Below, piece after piece: positions 10,490 through 20,260 of a stretch of DNA of 64,000 nt; the stretch's first letter is position 1; each line of letters starts with the position of its first letter. This DNA comes from an uncultured Tateyamaria sp. (lineage in GTDB: Bacteria > Pseudomonadota > Alphaproteobacteria > Rhodobacterales > Rhodobacteraceae), in the NCBI RefSeq assembly GCF_947503045.1, contig NZ_CANNCF010000005.1, positions 47,085 to 111,084 of the forward strand, read 5' to 3'. A model generated the notes under the pieces. That model was not told the DNA's origin. It worked only from the letters and a program-made list of their open reading frames with translations, and searched no databases. The translations under genes and the position numbers were made by a program.

Positions 10490-10597
10490 TACGGCTATCG
10501 CATGGTTACGGGTTTGCTGAACAAAGCGGGGTGGTTTGTGAACCACGAGCGGGTCGAACGCATTTGGCGACGCGAAAGGCTGAAGGTCCCGCAACGC
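10490..10597 (+). mobile_element. IS3-family transposase OrfB remnant (HTH region)
   Basis: Translates YGYRMVTGLLNKAGWFVNHERVERIWRRERLKVPQR, the typical IS3 OrfB N-terminal motif; no flanking coding sequence or TIRs seen. Confidence 0.8.
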
Positions 10598-10989
10598 CAC
10601 GCGAACTTGAGACGGACGACGACAAAGCAAAGTTCAACTAAAAGTTGGGCAACTGGTGAAGCAGAAGCCGGAAGACAAAAAGCCTTGAGTGATACCCTAA
10701 AGATGGCCGTGATCTTCGGTTTTAGCTGCCATAATCTGCACCTGTGCCAAGAAAGACGGTGGCCGAGGACCCCAAACTAAACCCGATTGTAATCGGACAA
10801 ATCCCGTTCGCAATACTGGCAAAAAATAGGCGATCACCGCAGCCTTGGCTGGTTAAAATGGCACCATCATTTCATCGATGCGTCCTTAGCTTGCCCCATC
10901 GGGTGGTTCAGGTTGGTACGTTCTTCCGGCATCGTGCGAAAAGTAAGGTGTGACTGTTTCGGCTTTGTTTTACGTGATTGCTTCGCGAT

Positions 10990-11140
10990 ACTTTGAATTG
11001 TGCCGCCAGCTTGCCAGTAGACTCGGGCGTTGCACAGCTCACAGCGACACCTCTGGTGCGGGCAGCAAGTCGGGCGCATTGCCGACAGGATCATCGTCAC
11101 CCACAGCCGCCTCGGCAAAGGCGCTAGCCTGTGGATAACT
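10990..11140 (+). pseudogene. Possible histidine kinase ATPase C-terminal remnant
   Basis: SRLG...TSGAG, then in a shifted frame GRIADRIIVTHSRLGKGASLWITF, resembling the G2 box and end of a HATPase_c domain. Confidence 0.3.
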
Positions 11141-11358
11141 TTCGGCTCAGACCTGAAAACTAAGGATCAATCCTTTAACTCTTCAAGAAGCTCCGGCGCA
11201 GAACAAAGTGCTAGGCGGTTCCCCTCCGGTGCACCAAAATGTCTGACGTCAGGCACCTGAAGCCACTTTTGGTGTACCAAGCACAGCGCACTTAGGATAA
11301 GCTTGACTCTGAGCAGGACCACACGATCAGGCGCATATTTTTCAATGAATCCGGATCG

Positions 11359-12078
11359 ATGTGTTATCTATACACATGTAGACTAGTAAGGGCAGATATG
11401 GACCAAGGGACGCGAAACATTCTCACCTGGATCGAAGTTACGATCTATGTATTTTTAGCAGCGATCATTGCTATTGGGTTTTATTTGGCGTTCTCCGATG
11501 AAGAATTCTTCCGCAACACTTACGTGCCTGAGGATGGAATATTAGAGACGTCTACAGCGATTATGTTGTTTTCGGCGGCAATCATATTGGCAATCCGCTT
11601 TCTTCGGGAACGTGAAACGCATCCGCGTTGTTTTTCAGTTTTCAGCGTTCTCATGATAGTAGCGCTGATTTTTGTGTCTGGGGAAGAAATATCTTGGGGT
11701 CAGAGAATCTTCGGCATAGAAACCGGAGAATTCTTCTTAGAAAATAATCGTCAGAGTGAAACAAATCTACACAACCTCGAGGTGCGGGGTGTTAACCTGA
11801 ACAAATTGGTCTTTGGCAAGATACTTGGTCTATTTCTTGTGGTTTTCTATCTAATCTTGCCTGTCCTTTATTCGCGGCGAAAGCGTGTACATCGATTGGT
11901 CTCCAGCCTTTATTTTCCAGTGCCCAAAATTCACCATGGCATTGCAATGTTGACCTTCGCGATAGTTATCGATCAGATTCCTTCGTCGAAACGCGGAGAA
12001 CTGAACGAGGTCTGTTTAGGCGCCTTTGCGCTGCTTCTTGTGACGAGCGCGCAGAACATTAAGCGACGGCGGGGGTAA
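11359..12078 (+). CDS. Multi-pass membrane protein of unknown function
   Basis: Several TM segments, EDGILE and GEEISWGQRIFG...NRQSETNLHN motifs; the true start may be MDQG at 11398; AT-richer codons. Confidence 0.7.
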   Translation: MCYLYTCRLVRADMDQGTRNILTWIEVTIYVFLAAIIAIGFYLAFSDEEFFRNTYVPEDGILETSTAIMLFSAAIILAIRFLRERETHPRCFSVFSVLMIVALIFVSGEEISWGQRIFGIETGEFFLENNRQSETNLHNLEVRGVNLNKLVFGKILGLFLVVFYLILPVLYSRRKRVHRLVSSLYFPVPKIHHGIAMLTFAIVIDQIPSSKRGELNEVCLGAFALLLVTSAQNIKRRRG

Positions 12079-13205
12079 TGAAGGGCTTTCGTTTTCAAGC
12101 GCTCACAGCTTGTTCACTATCCATCATACTGACGGCATACGTTTTAACCACTGAAGAGCCCCTCTCCTGGGAATTTGCTGTGGTAGAATCACCCGCCACA
12201 GGCGGTGACCCACTATTCATGACAGTGTTCGACTACGAGTCTAGCCCAGCCTCGGCACATGCGCCTGCCATTAGAACTTTTGAGGATCGTGTGCAGGTTG
12301 TGTGGTTCGAAGGCACACGGGAAAGTCACGAAGATGTCGTGATCAAGAGTGTGGATATCACTCTTAAGGACGGCCAGAGTGACTGGAAGGCAGAAGATGT
12401 CAGTGAGTTCTTTGATCGCCACGATTTGGTGAGAGCGACACAACCGTCACAGGAAATATGGTCGCTCGGAAACACGATACAATTCGCTGAGGGGGAGAAA
12501 GCGGCGCTTGCAACCGTGGTGTCCGTGGGTGGTTGGGCTGCGGCCTCCATCGCGCGGGTAGAGTTTGTGGGTGATGAAGTCTCAACGGTTCGTAAGCTGC
12601 GGCTTTCACCGATGTTAAACCGCTCATATCTGGTCCGGAATTCAACTCTGCGCTACGTGGATGGCAGCGTTGCCATCCCGGCTTACTTCGAGATGGGGAA
12701 TGCCTTTGGAGAACTTGTACGGCTAGATCAAGCGGGAAACGTGGTCGACAAACGTCGCATTACGCAAGGTCGCTTTGCAATTCAACCGGAAGTCGTAGTG
12801 CTGGGGCCTAAAAAGGCCGTGGCGCTATCGCGTAACTATGACAAGGATTCAGACAGGTTAATCGCGTCTTGGACCGAGGATGGCGGACAAAGTTGGGGTG
12901 CGCCAAAACTACTTGGGTTGCCAAATCCAAATTCGCCGGTCGCTGCAACCCGGCTGAATGATGGCCGCGTCTTGATGGCTTTCAACGATGATCCTACCCA
13001 TAATCACACGCTGACGCTCGCTATCTCTGCTGATGACGGGCATGAGTGGGAGCGTATTGCGGTGCTTGAAAACGGCGAAGGTGAAGTGCGCTATCCGGAT
13101 TTCGCGCAACTGCCTGATGGATCGCTTTTGTTAGTATACTCGTTCGGAAGTAAAAAGGGGATCCGGGCCCATGTACTCAATAACGCATGGGTTGATGCTC
13201 AATGA
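12078..13205 (+). CDS. Exported sialidase/BNR-repeat family protein
   Basis: Asp-boxes SWTEDGGQSW and ISADDGHEW, PNPNS, a C-terminal RYP motif, and a hydrophobic N-terminus; TAATG overlap. Confidence 0.75.
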   Translation: MKGFRFQALTACSLSIILTAYVLTTEEPLSWEFAVVESPATGGDPLFMTVFDYESSPASAHAPAIRTFEDRVQVVWFEGTRESHEDVVIKSVDITLKDGQSDWKAEDVSEFFDRHDLVRATQPSQEIWSLGNTIQFAEGEKAALATVVSVGGWAAASIARVEFVGDEVSTVRKLRLSPMLNRSYLVRNSTLRYVDGSVAIPAYFEMGNAFGELVRLDQAGNVVDKRRITQGRFAIQPEVVVLGPKKAVALSRNYDKDSDRLIASWTEDGGQSWGAPKLLGLPNPNSPVAATRLNDGRVLMAFNDDPTHNHTLTLAISADDGHEWERIAVLENGEGEVRYPDFAQLPDGSLLLVYSFGSKKGIRAHVLNNAWVDAQ

Positions 13206-13768
13206 ACTTTGACCTTTTGGCCTGGTTGATCATCGCTTTCTGGATCGGTTTCCGGGTGGCTCTGACTGTTTCGCAGCTTAAAGTAGCGCTTGGGCTAGGG
13301 GTAGTCGTTGCAGTCGCCAGCCTCGTATTGCCCAGTGTTATGCCGCTCATGGTGGCAATCCTCGCACCATTTGGTTTTCTTCTTCCGGCATTGGCCTTAC
13401 GCGACGTGCTTGGGCGTACGTGGATTGAGATCGCGCCATTTCACACCCTAGACGTCATTTTGGTGCTGATCGTTTCCACTCTTTTTATTGCAGCCTCCAT
13501 CGGAGTGTTTACCGTCGATCCTTATCGGATGGGCTATGGCCCTCTCGCTCCGGCAGTTGTGACCTTAGTTGGCATACTCTGGACACTTTGGCGGCGGCAT
13601 TTTTTCATTCTGGCGACGCTCCTTGCTGCTCAAATCACATGGACCTTTGGTTATTTGAGCACTAATTTCTTCGATTTAATTTTGCATGCGATACTAGTGC
13701 CCGTCTGTGTCATTTGGCTAATAAAACGAAAGCTCGTCGAGATTTCTCGCCACGCCCGGTCAGTGTGA
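13202..13768 (+). CDS. Hydrophobic membrane protein of unknown function
   Basis: 188 aa, almost entirely TM segments, DPYRMGY loop; ATGA overlap. Confidence 0.65.
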   Translation: MNFDLLAWLIIAFWIGFRVALTVSQLKVALGLGVVVAVASLVLPSVMPLMVAILAPFGFLLPALALRDVLGRTWIEIAPFHTLDVILVLIVSTLFIAASIGVFTVDPYRMGYGPLAPAVVTLVGILWTLWRRHFFILATLLAAQITWTFGYLSTNFFDLILHAILVPVCVIWLIKRKLVEISRHARSV

Positions 13769-14357
13769 CCAAGCGATAATACAAGACATAGCGTGTCCGT
13801 CGTCAGGGGTATTGGAACAGATGGCGGCCAGAGCTAAGAGAGGATCTGGCTCATCATTCTGTTTGATTTTGCGACGGTTTGGCGGAGAAGTAAGCGCCAG
13901 GTTCACGACGGCACAACTCCTGACCTGCTCCCCACTGCGGCCGGGTTTTAGAGTTCCATTCGCTTTCGTTTGCTGACAAAACCACGGCTTGGTCGGTTTT
14001 GAGACAACCGGATTGTCACCTTGATCGAAGCGGTCATCGTTTTTGATTAATCGATTGGTTGTTCCGCGAAGCATACATTCTCCAATGAAAAAATGCAGAA
14101 CAATGACACCAGCAGTTTGACGGCTATGGGCCGTCCCCGTGGAGAGGGGCGTGACCCCCCGGATGCCCGCTGTATCCGAGGTCGGCAATGGGCCCGTCGC
14201 GGGAATTTCTGATTTGTACCGGGCACTCGATGAACCGGCCCAGTCGAAAGGGCACGTCCTTCCTCAGTGCTCACCGATCATTAGCTACGAACATTTCACA
14301 TCTCTCCTTCAAACACTCACATTTGGACCGGCAAGCGCCTACGCCGGTTGAGCGAAG

Positions 14358-15065
14358 CTACCCTTGGCATGCCGCGAGGTAGGCATCGAAGGCGTTCCAA
14401 ATTTGAGTGCTCGATTGCTGTTTTGCCGGGTGAACCAGCACGAAATCAAATTCGCTGCTTTCGGTTGCCGTCAGCTGCTCAGCCATCTCGACTGCGTAGT
14501 CAGCAACCGTCATCCGCGCAGATTTGGGCGCAATTCCATACTGAGCCGAATCCATGGCCTGTCCGCCGATTGATGCGGCAATCGCGCCTGAGTGCATCGC
14601 ACCTTTGGACACAAGGGCCTGGCCGCCCGCAGCGCGGCTGATTTTATCATGGTCCACCTTGGATGCATCGAACCGGGTGCTGAACAGGTCGATCGAAGAC
14701 ACATTGCGCCGGCTGATGTGAAAGTAATTCGCATAGTAGAGAATCTGAGCGTTACAATCTGTCCCTCGAATGATCAGGCCTGAATCGTCACCCTCGTACT
14801 GAGCCACAGTGCGCAATGCTTCCAAAGCGGCTGGCGCGTCAGTGGGCGTTTCTGGTTCTGCCTGACTTGTCTGTTGTTCCAGCAAGGTCGATACAGCGTT
14901 GAAACAGGCAATCTGTTTTGCTGGATCTTTCACCAGAGTCTGGCAATTCTCCATCAGGGCCGTCAGCGTGTATTCTCTTCCATCTACGGTCAACAAGACT
15001 TCGGCGCTGCTGCTTGAGGACATAATCGCCAACGAGACCGCGAAGCCACTCATAATCTTTTTCAT
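14358..15065 (-). CDS. Secreted hypothetical protein with Cys pairs
   Basis: Signal peptide MKKIMSGFAVSLAIMSSSSSA; ENCQ...IACF; coherent codon usage. Confidence 0.65.
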   Translation of the reverse strand: MKKIMSGFAVSLAIMSSSSSAEVLLTVDGREYTLTALMENCQTLVKDPAKQIACFNAVSTLLEQQTSQAEPETPTDAPAALEALRTVAQYEGDDSGLIIRGTDCNAQILYYANYFHISRRNVSSIDLFSTRFDASKVDHDKISRAAGGQALVSKGAMHSGAIAASIGGQAMDSAQYGIAPKSARMTVADYAVEMAEQLTATESSEFDFVLVHPAKQQSSTQIWNAFDAYLAACQG

Positions 15066-15213
15066 CGTCTTCACTCCGGGAAACACCAGCCGCGACCTGC
15101 GCGGCGCATTCCCTCATTCTGGATTTGACAGATTTCCGTCTGCCTCTGTGGCCAAGGCAAGTCCGTTTCGGATTGCCTTGGCTAAGAACGTCAGTGACGT
15201 CGAGATCCAAAGA

Positions 15214-16521
15214 TCAGGTGTTGAGCACCAGGCTACTTTGATCAATCCCGACATCCTCGGCGTCGGATGTCACGCGCAAGCCGATGGACTTGTGCAGCAC
15301 GTACCAGACGAAACCTGATGCGACCGCCACATAGGCCATGACAATCGCAACGGAGACGAGTTGGCCAAAGATGGTAGCGTCCGCATTGGTGAATGCGACG
15401 GCAATTGTGCCCCACACACCGCAGAACAGGTGAACCGGAATGGCACCCACAACATCGTCGATCTTCAGGTCTTCCAGAAGCTGGATCGCAAAGAACAGGA
15501 TGAGACCCGCGCCAACACCGATCGAGAACGCCATCAGCGGTGTCGGGAACAAAGGTTCCGCCGTGATTGCGACCAGACCACCCAGCGCGCCATTCAGCAT
15601 GAACGACAGATCAAAGCGGTTCTCTTTGAAGTAGGAGATGAACGCCGCAGCGATAACCCCGCCAGCAGCCGCCATGTTCGTATTGAGGAAAATGCGCGCC
15701 ACGTTCGTTGCGTCTGCATCCGACGAGAAGCTGAGGTAGGAGCCTGCGTTGAATCCATACCAACCCATCCACAGGATCAATGTGCCAATGGTTGCCAGCG
15801 GCATTGACGCGTTGCCAAGAGGAACGGTCTTGCCATCAACAAACCGGCCTGTCCGCGACCCGACGACAAGCGCACCAATCAGTGCTGCTGTGCCTCCGAC
15901 GACGTGAATGACGGTGCTGCCTGCCAGGTCCTTGAAACCAAAGTCAGATGCAAGGAAACCTCCACCCCAGGTCCACGAGGCCTGAATGGGATAGATAACG
16001 GCTGTGAAGATCGCCGTGAAAATGAAGAATGGCGCCAGTTTCATACGTTCCGCAACTGTCCCGGATACGATTGAGGCAATCGCCACACAGAACATCGACT
16101 GGAAAAAGATGTCAGCGGCACCAGCGTGCCCGCGTCCGACGAAGTCGCTGCCATAGTCTACGACATCCGTGATTTCGATGACCCCGTCATATCCCAGGAC
16201 ACCGGGAAGGATCCATGCGCCGTTCGGAAACATAATGCCGTAACCCGTCAGGATGAAGGCCGTGGAAGCAATCGCGAATAGGCCAATATTCTTGGCGCAT
16301 TGTGCGACGACGCTTTTGGTTTGTACGTAGCCCACTTCGAGCATCGCAAAGCCCGCGGCCATCCACATAACCAGAACGCCGCAGAAGACGACGAACAGTG
16401 TGTTCATGACATACGGAGACACACCTGATGATGCCTGTTGTGCGGCTGCAGGTCCGGCGATAATGCCAGCTAATACAGCGATTCCAAGTACTTGTTTGAT
16501 CATTTTTCTACTCTTTCTCAA
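15214..16521 (-). CDS. amt: Ammonium transporter
   Basis: LVMWMAAGFAMLEVG, IVSGTVAER, DLAGSTVIHVVGG, LWMGWYGFNAGS, IDDVVGAIPVH. Confidence 0.95.
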   Translation of the reverse strand: MRKSRKMIKQVLGIAVLAGIIAGPAAAQQASSGVSPYVMNTLFVVFCGVLVMWMAAGFAMLEVGYVQTKSVVAQCAKNIGLFAIASTAFILTGYGIMFPNGAWILPGVLGYDGVIEITDVVDYGSDFVGRGHAGAADIFFQSMFCVAIASIVSGTVAERMKLAPFFIFTAIFTAVIYPIQASWTWGGGFLASDFGFKDLAGSTVIHVVGGTAALIGALVVGSRTGRFVDGKTVPLGNASMPLATIGTLILWMGWYGFNAGSYLSFSSDADATNVARIFLNTNMAAAGGVIAAAFISYFKENRFDLSFMLNGALGGLVAITAEPLFPTPLMAFSIGVGAGLILFFAIQLLEDLKIDDVVGAIPVHLFCGVWGTIAVAFTNADATIFGQLVSVAIVMAYVAVASGFVWYVLHKSIGLRVTSDAEDVGIDQSSLVLNT

Positions 16522-16778
16522 TAGTTCTGATTACCGGATCGCTGAAATTTTAGGCAAATTTATGTCCAGTTTGAGAAAAAAACTGACGGTTTTTCAAAGA
16601 AGTATATTGGCGGCGCACAACAGTCCGCCAAGATCGCGCATGAGTTGTCGGAAAGCTCGGAATGCGTGTGATCCATCAGCAAAAATCTCAATTAGATCAG
16701 AAAGATGCCACGTTCCGGACAATTTTATTCAATTCAATAAGCGGTGAATTATGTGTGTAAATACGGTGGATTTTCGGT

Positions 16779-18929
16779 ATGGGGCATCCCAAAGCAATAG
16801 AACCTGATTTCGATGGCGCAACGAGCGACGAACTGGCGCCTGGCCACAAATTGATGCAGGGGCAGTATACGATCGACTCTTTCCTTCAAGCGGGCGGATT
16901 TGGCATCACTTACCTTGCGCGAAATTCGCTGAATCGTAAGGTCATCATCAAAGAGTGTTTCCCCGGCACATTCTGCCGCCGGTCCGCCACATCCGTCCGG
17001 GCGCGCAGCAGTTCGCACGTCAAGGGATTCACCTCCATCGTGAGCAAATTCGTTGACGAGGCGCACAGCCTGGCCAAGGTCAAACACCCCAATATCGTGG
17101 GCGTGCATCAGGTCTTTGAAGAAAACGAAACCGCCTATATGGCGCTTGATTACATTGATGGCTCTGACCTTCTGGAAGTGATCGAAGGAAAGCAGGACCG
17201 CCCGGAACCGGAACAGATCGAGGTGATCCTCACCAAGGTGCTGGGTGCTGTTGGCGCAATCCATGATCGGGGCATGTTGCACCGCGATATTTCGCCCGAC
17301 AACATCATGCTGACATCGGATTTGGAGCCGATCCTGATCGATTTTGGCGCCGCACGCGAAGATTTTGGGCTGGAAAGCCGACAGCTCTCCGAATTGCGTG
17401 TCATCAAGGACGGATACAGTCCGCAGGAATTCTACGTCTCGGGTGCCGCTCAGGGCGCGTTCAGCGATCTATATGCCTTGGCGGCGACCTTTTATCATCT
17501 GATCACTGGCGACCTTCCCGCCGGTTCGCAAACGCGCCTTGCGGCCGTTGCAGCCGGTGAAGGTGATCCTTACGTGCCCGTCGCTGGACGGATGTCGGAA
17601 TATTCCGATCCGTTCCTGCGGGCGATTGATACCGCCATGGCGATCCTGCCCAATGACCGTATCGCATCTGCAGATCAATGGCGCGAACTCCTGCAGGGCA
17701 CGGGTCCCTCCGGAGGGGTCAAGGCACCTGCAAAATCGAAAGACGGCAACATACTGGCGTCCAAGCCAGTGTCCGACACGACGAACAAAACCAAAGCACG
17801 GTTGTTGGGCGGTATTGCACTCGTCATTCCGATCATCGGTGCCGTCTATATCCTGCAAAGCAATGACACCGCCCCGACAACTAACGAGACCACAGCGGCA
17901 TTCACTGCTGCTGAGCCGACCCAAACTGCGGCTCTTGCTCTTTCAGAGCCAGACCAAAGCGCGGCTCTTGTTCTTGATGAGCAAGTCCAGACTGCGGCCC
18001 TCGCACTTCCAACAGATGCTGTTGTATCTGGTCCGTCCGAGAGAGCGACGCCTGCTGCGGATCTCAGTGCACTCCTGAATATTCCGGCGGCGGCGACAGA
18101 ACCCGAAGCCGAGACCACGGCACAGGATGCCCCCGAAGCAATACTCTCCGACGCGATCGCAACCGCATCGCTCGTAGAAACGGATGTGGCATCCGATGTT
18201 GTGGCAGCGGAGAATGTGCCGGCACCGGAATTTTCGCTGGCCAGCATTCTGAATCCGGCCCTTGCCGAGGATATTGACCCGGCACTTGCCGACAGCGCCG
18301 CCGAGGACGAAATTGTATCCGCTGGCCTCAGCCTTGAGCAAGATGAGGCAACGGTCGAAGCCGAACTGGTGTTAGAACCGCTGGCAGACACGCCTGAAGC
18401 AGCACCAGACTTTCTGGTCGAGAGTTTTGACTTGCCTCAAGTCACGTCGGCCTGGTCCGTTGATTTGACCGGCGTCCTGCCAGTCGCGACCGACACGGTA
18501 TATGCAATCAACGGCATGTCGTTGGAGGCCAATTCAGAGATCGACTCTGCGCTACATCAGATGATGCAGGCTCCCGAGGGTGGCACGATGCAGTTGTCCA
18601 TTCTGGCTGGCGCTTCCCAGAACGAGGCCGCGGTTGAATTGGTTTCGGCGGCTGTGATCCACAAGACCTCGCTCCTCGACGGCACAGCTTTCGAAGCCCG
18701 CATGATCGACGGCGCGTGGTCCACGGTTGTGACAGACGTGTCCGCGGGCAGCGAATTTGAAGTCGGTGACATCCTGGTCGGCGATTTGAGATCGGAAACA
18801 CCATTCAATAAACGCACCTCGCTGCCGGAAATCCTGGTCCAGGCAAACGCCCAGAACCTTGACCGGCTCACCCTCGCTGTTCGCCGGAATGACGATATGT
18901 CAGTGGCCAGTATGCTGGTTCCGCGCTGA
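16779..18929 (+). CDS. Membrane-anchored Ser/Thr protein kinase with long extracytoplasmic tail
   Basis: GGFGITYLA, VIIKE, HPNIV, HRDISPDNIML, DFGAAR, DLYALA; one TM (LLGGIALVIPIIGAVYIL); acidic linker and possibly PDZ-like C-terminus. Confidence 0.88.
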   Translation: MGHPKAIEPDFDGATSDELAPGHKLMQGQYTIDSFLQAGGFGITYLARNSLNRKVIIKECFPGTFCRRSATSVRARSSSHVKGFTSIVSKFVDEAHSLAKVKHPNIVGVHQVFEENETAYMALDYIDGSDLLEVIEGKQDRPEPEQIEVILTKVLGAVGAIHDRGMLHRDISPDNIMLTSDLEPILIDFGAAREDFGLESRQLSELRVIKDGYSPQEFYVSGAAQGAFSDLYALAATFYHLITGDLPAGSQTRLAAVAAGEGDPYVPVAGRMSEYSDPFLRAIDTAMAILPNDRIASADQWRELLQGTGPSGGVKAPAKSKDGNILASKPVSDTTNKTKARLLGGIALVIPIIGAVYILQSNDTAPTTNETTAAFTAAEPTQTAALALSEPDQSAALVLDEQVQTAALALPTDAVVSGPSERATPAADLSALLNIPAAATEPEAETTAQDAPEAILSDAIATASLVETDVASDVVAAENVPAPEFSLASILNPALAEDIDPALADSAAEDEIVSAGLSLEQDEATVEAELVLEPLADTPEAAPDFLVESFDLPQVTSAWSVDLTGVLPVATDTVYAINGMSLEANSEIDSALHQMMQAPEGGTMQLSILAGASQNEAAVELVSAAVIHKTSLLDGTAFEARMIDGAWSTVVTDVSAGSEFEVGDILVGDLRSETPFNKRTSLPEILVQANAQNLDRLTLAVRRNDDMSVASMLVPR
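17913..18011 (+). repeat. Three imperfect 33-bp tandem repeats inside the kinase gene
   Basis: gagccgacccaaactgcggctcttgctctttca / gagccagaccaaagcgcggctcttgttcttgat / gagcaagtccagactgcggccctcgcacttcca (EPTQTAALALS, EPDQSAALVLD, EQVQTAALALP). Confidence 0.8.
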
Positions 18930-19015
18930 TCATCGAAATGATCGCAGACCGCACCACAGCATTCTGCTCGCCAAGTGAACGGCAGCAGTGGGGCGTCTTG
19001 GTAAGTTGAAATCAG

Positions 19016-19495
19016 TTATGCGCCCCGACGCACAGCCGGTGAATTGGGGAACGTGCTCAAGGCGGTGTTTTCAATATCCTTCTCTGCCCCTTGAGGGCCT
19101 GCCATTGCGGTGCGGAAGGTGGCGAGTGCTTCTTTTTCGTATTGAAACACGCCGCAACCAAGCGTCGGTTTTTCGGGCGAAAGGCCGAAGAACCACATGG
19201 GCGGCTGCGCTACTGCACTTTCCGGTCGCAAGGCGATGTGGATATGCGCGTTGTACGGCGTCTTGTCCTTTGAAAAGCGGATGTCGCGATGAATCCGAAA
19301 AATCTTGCTGCCGTGCGGTTGGCCGGTCAGATCGCCAAGCGCGCTGGCCAGGTCATTCGCAAAGGTCTTGGTGGGTTCCTTGATGTGTTGTTCGTAAGTC
19401 ACCTTGTTTGCAACGAACCAGTCTTTGGTGTTGTTCGCTTTCAGGTCGCGCAGGAAGTGCAGCGCGTCCGGGCTGTAACTGTCAAATGTGCTCAT
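19016..19495 (-). pseudogene. DUF2461 (TIGR02453-like) protein, probably 3'-truncated
   Basis: FLRDLKANNTKDWF, IFRIHRDIRFSKDKTPY; only about 159 aa, and the tail after MAGPQGAE looks unrelated. Confidence 0.6.
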
Positions 19496-19505
19496 GAGAT
19501 ATGCC

Positions 19506-19850
19506 TTATTCTTTCGCGGGCAGGGCTGCCGCATGTGCAAGGCACATCTGCAACCAGCGCTGCATCGACGGATCCGGGCAATCGGCCTCATCCACCAGGA
19601 TGAAGCCGCCCAGCTTGCGTGTGCCGTGGATGACTTCACTGGCTGCCGGGTCTGCCAAGGCCACCGCTTCGTTGTCTTTCCCGACGCGGAACATGAACCG
19701 TCCGACGCCGTCTTTGTGGCGACGCGCACCGCACAGCATGTTGCCGTTGAGGAAGAAACAGAGGCCACCCATCATCCGCTTTTCGGTGATGCCCACATGC
19801 GCGGCGAGCGCGTCGCGCATGTGCTGGTTGAGGCTCTCGTCAAAGGGCAT
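19506..19850 (-). CDS. TfoX/Sxy N-terminal domain family protein
   Basis: EKRMMGGLCFFLNGNMLCG...MFRVGK motif. Confidence 0.8.
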   Translation of the reverse strand: MPFDESLNQHMRDALAAHVGITEKRMMGGLCFFLNGNMLCGARRHKDGVGRFMFRVGKDNEAVALADPAASEVIHGTRKLGGFILVDEADCPDPSMQRWLQMCLAHAAALPAKE

Positions 19851-20248
19851 CAGGCGGCCACAAGAAGGTGCCAGAGGATGGCAACGGCAAGCACAAGCAT
19901 TGGCAGGTTTGTCAGTCCGGCCCCGATGGCGCGCCCTTTGCTCTCTGCCGAGGCCCGCAGTCCAAAGTAGTGGATGAGTCGCGCCAGGATGAGGACCCCA
20001 CCGCAGCTCGCAACCAGCCATGGCGCCGCTCCGGCAATTTCCGCACCGGCCAGAGCCAGCAGTGCGAGCGGTACATATTCGACAAAGTTGCCATGGGCCC
20101 GGATCAGGCGCAGCAGCGCGTCATCGTCACCATGCAACAGCAGGATGCCTGTTTTGGCCCGGTGCACCCCGACCAAGATCGCCATCGGGATGCTGAGCAG
20201 GACGAAAATCGCCGTAACGACCAGCGCGATTTGTGGCGTGTGTTCCAT
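19850..20248 (-). CDS. MAPEG family membrane protein
   Basis: LIRAHGNFVEYVP, LARLIH motifs; 3-4 TM. Confidence 0.88.
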   Translation of the reverse strand: MEHTPQIALVVTAIFVLLSIPMAILVGVHRAKTGILLLHGDDDALLRLIRAHGNFVEYVPLALLALAGAEIAGAAPWLVASCGGVLILARLIHYFGLRASAESKGRAIGAGLTNLPMLVLAVAILWHLLVAA

Positions 20249-20260
20249 CTGGGGGACCTC

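Noticed and set aside
13760-14350. ORF 13760-14188 with LKPGRSGEQVR, resembling a peptidoglycan-binding motif
   Set aside because: No RBS or clear start, and the rest of the motif is absent; at best an unidentifiable relic.
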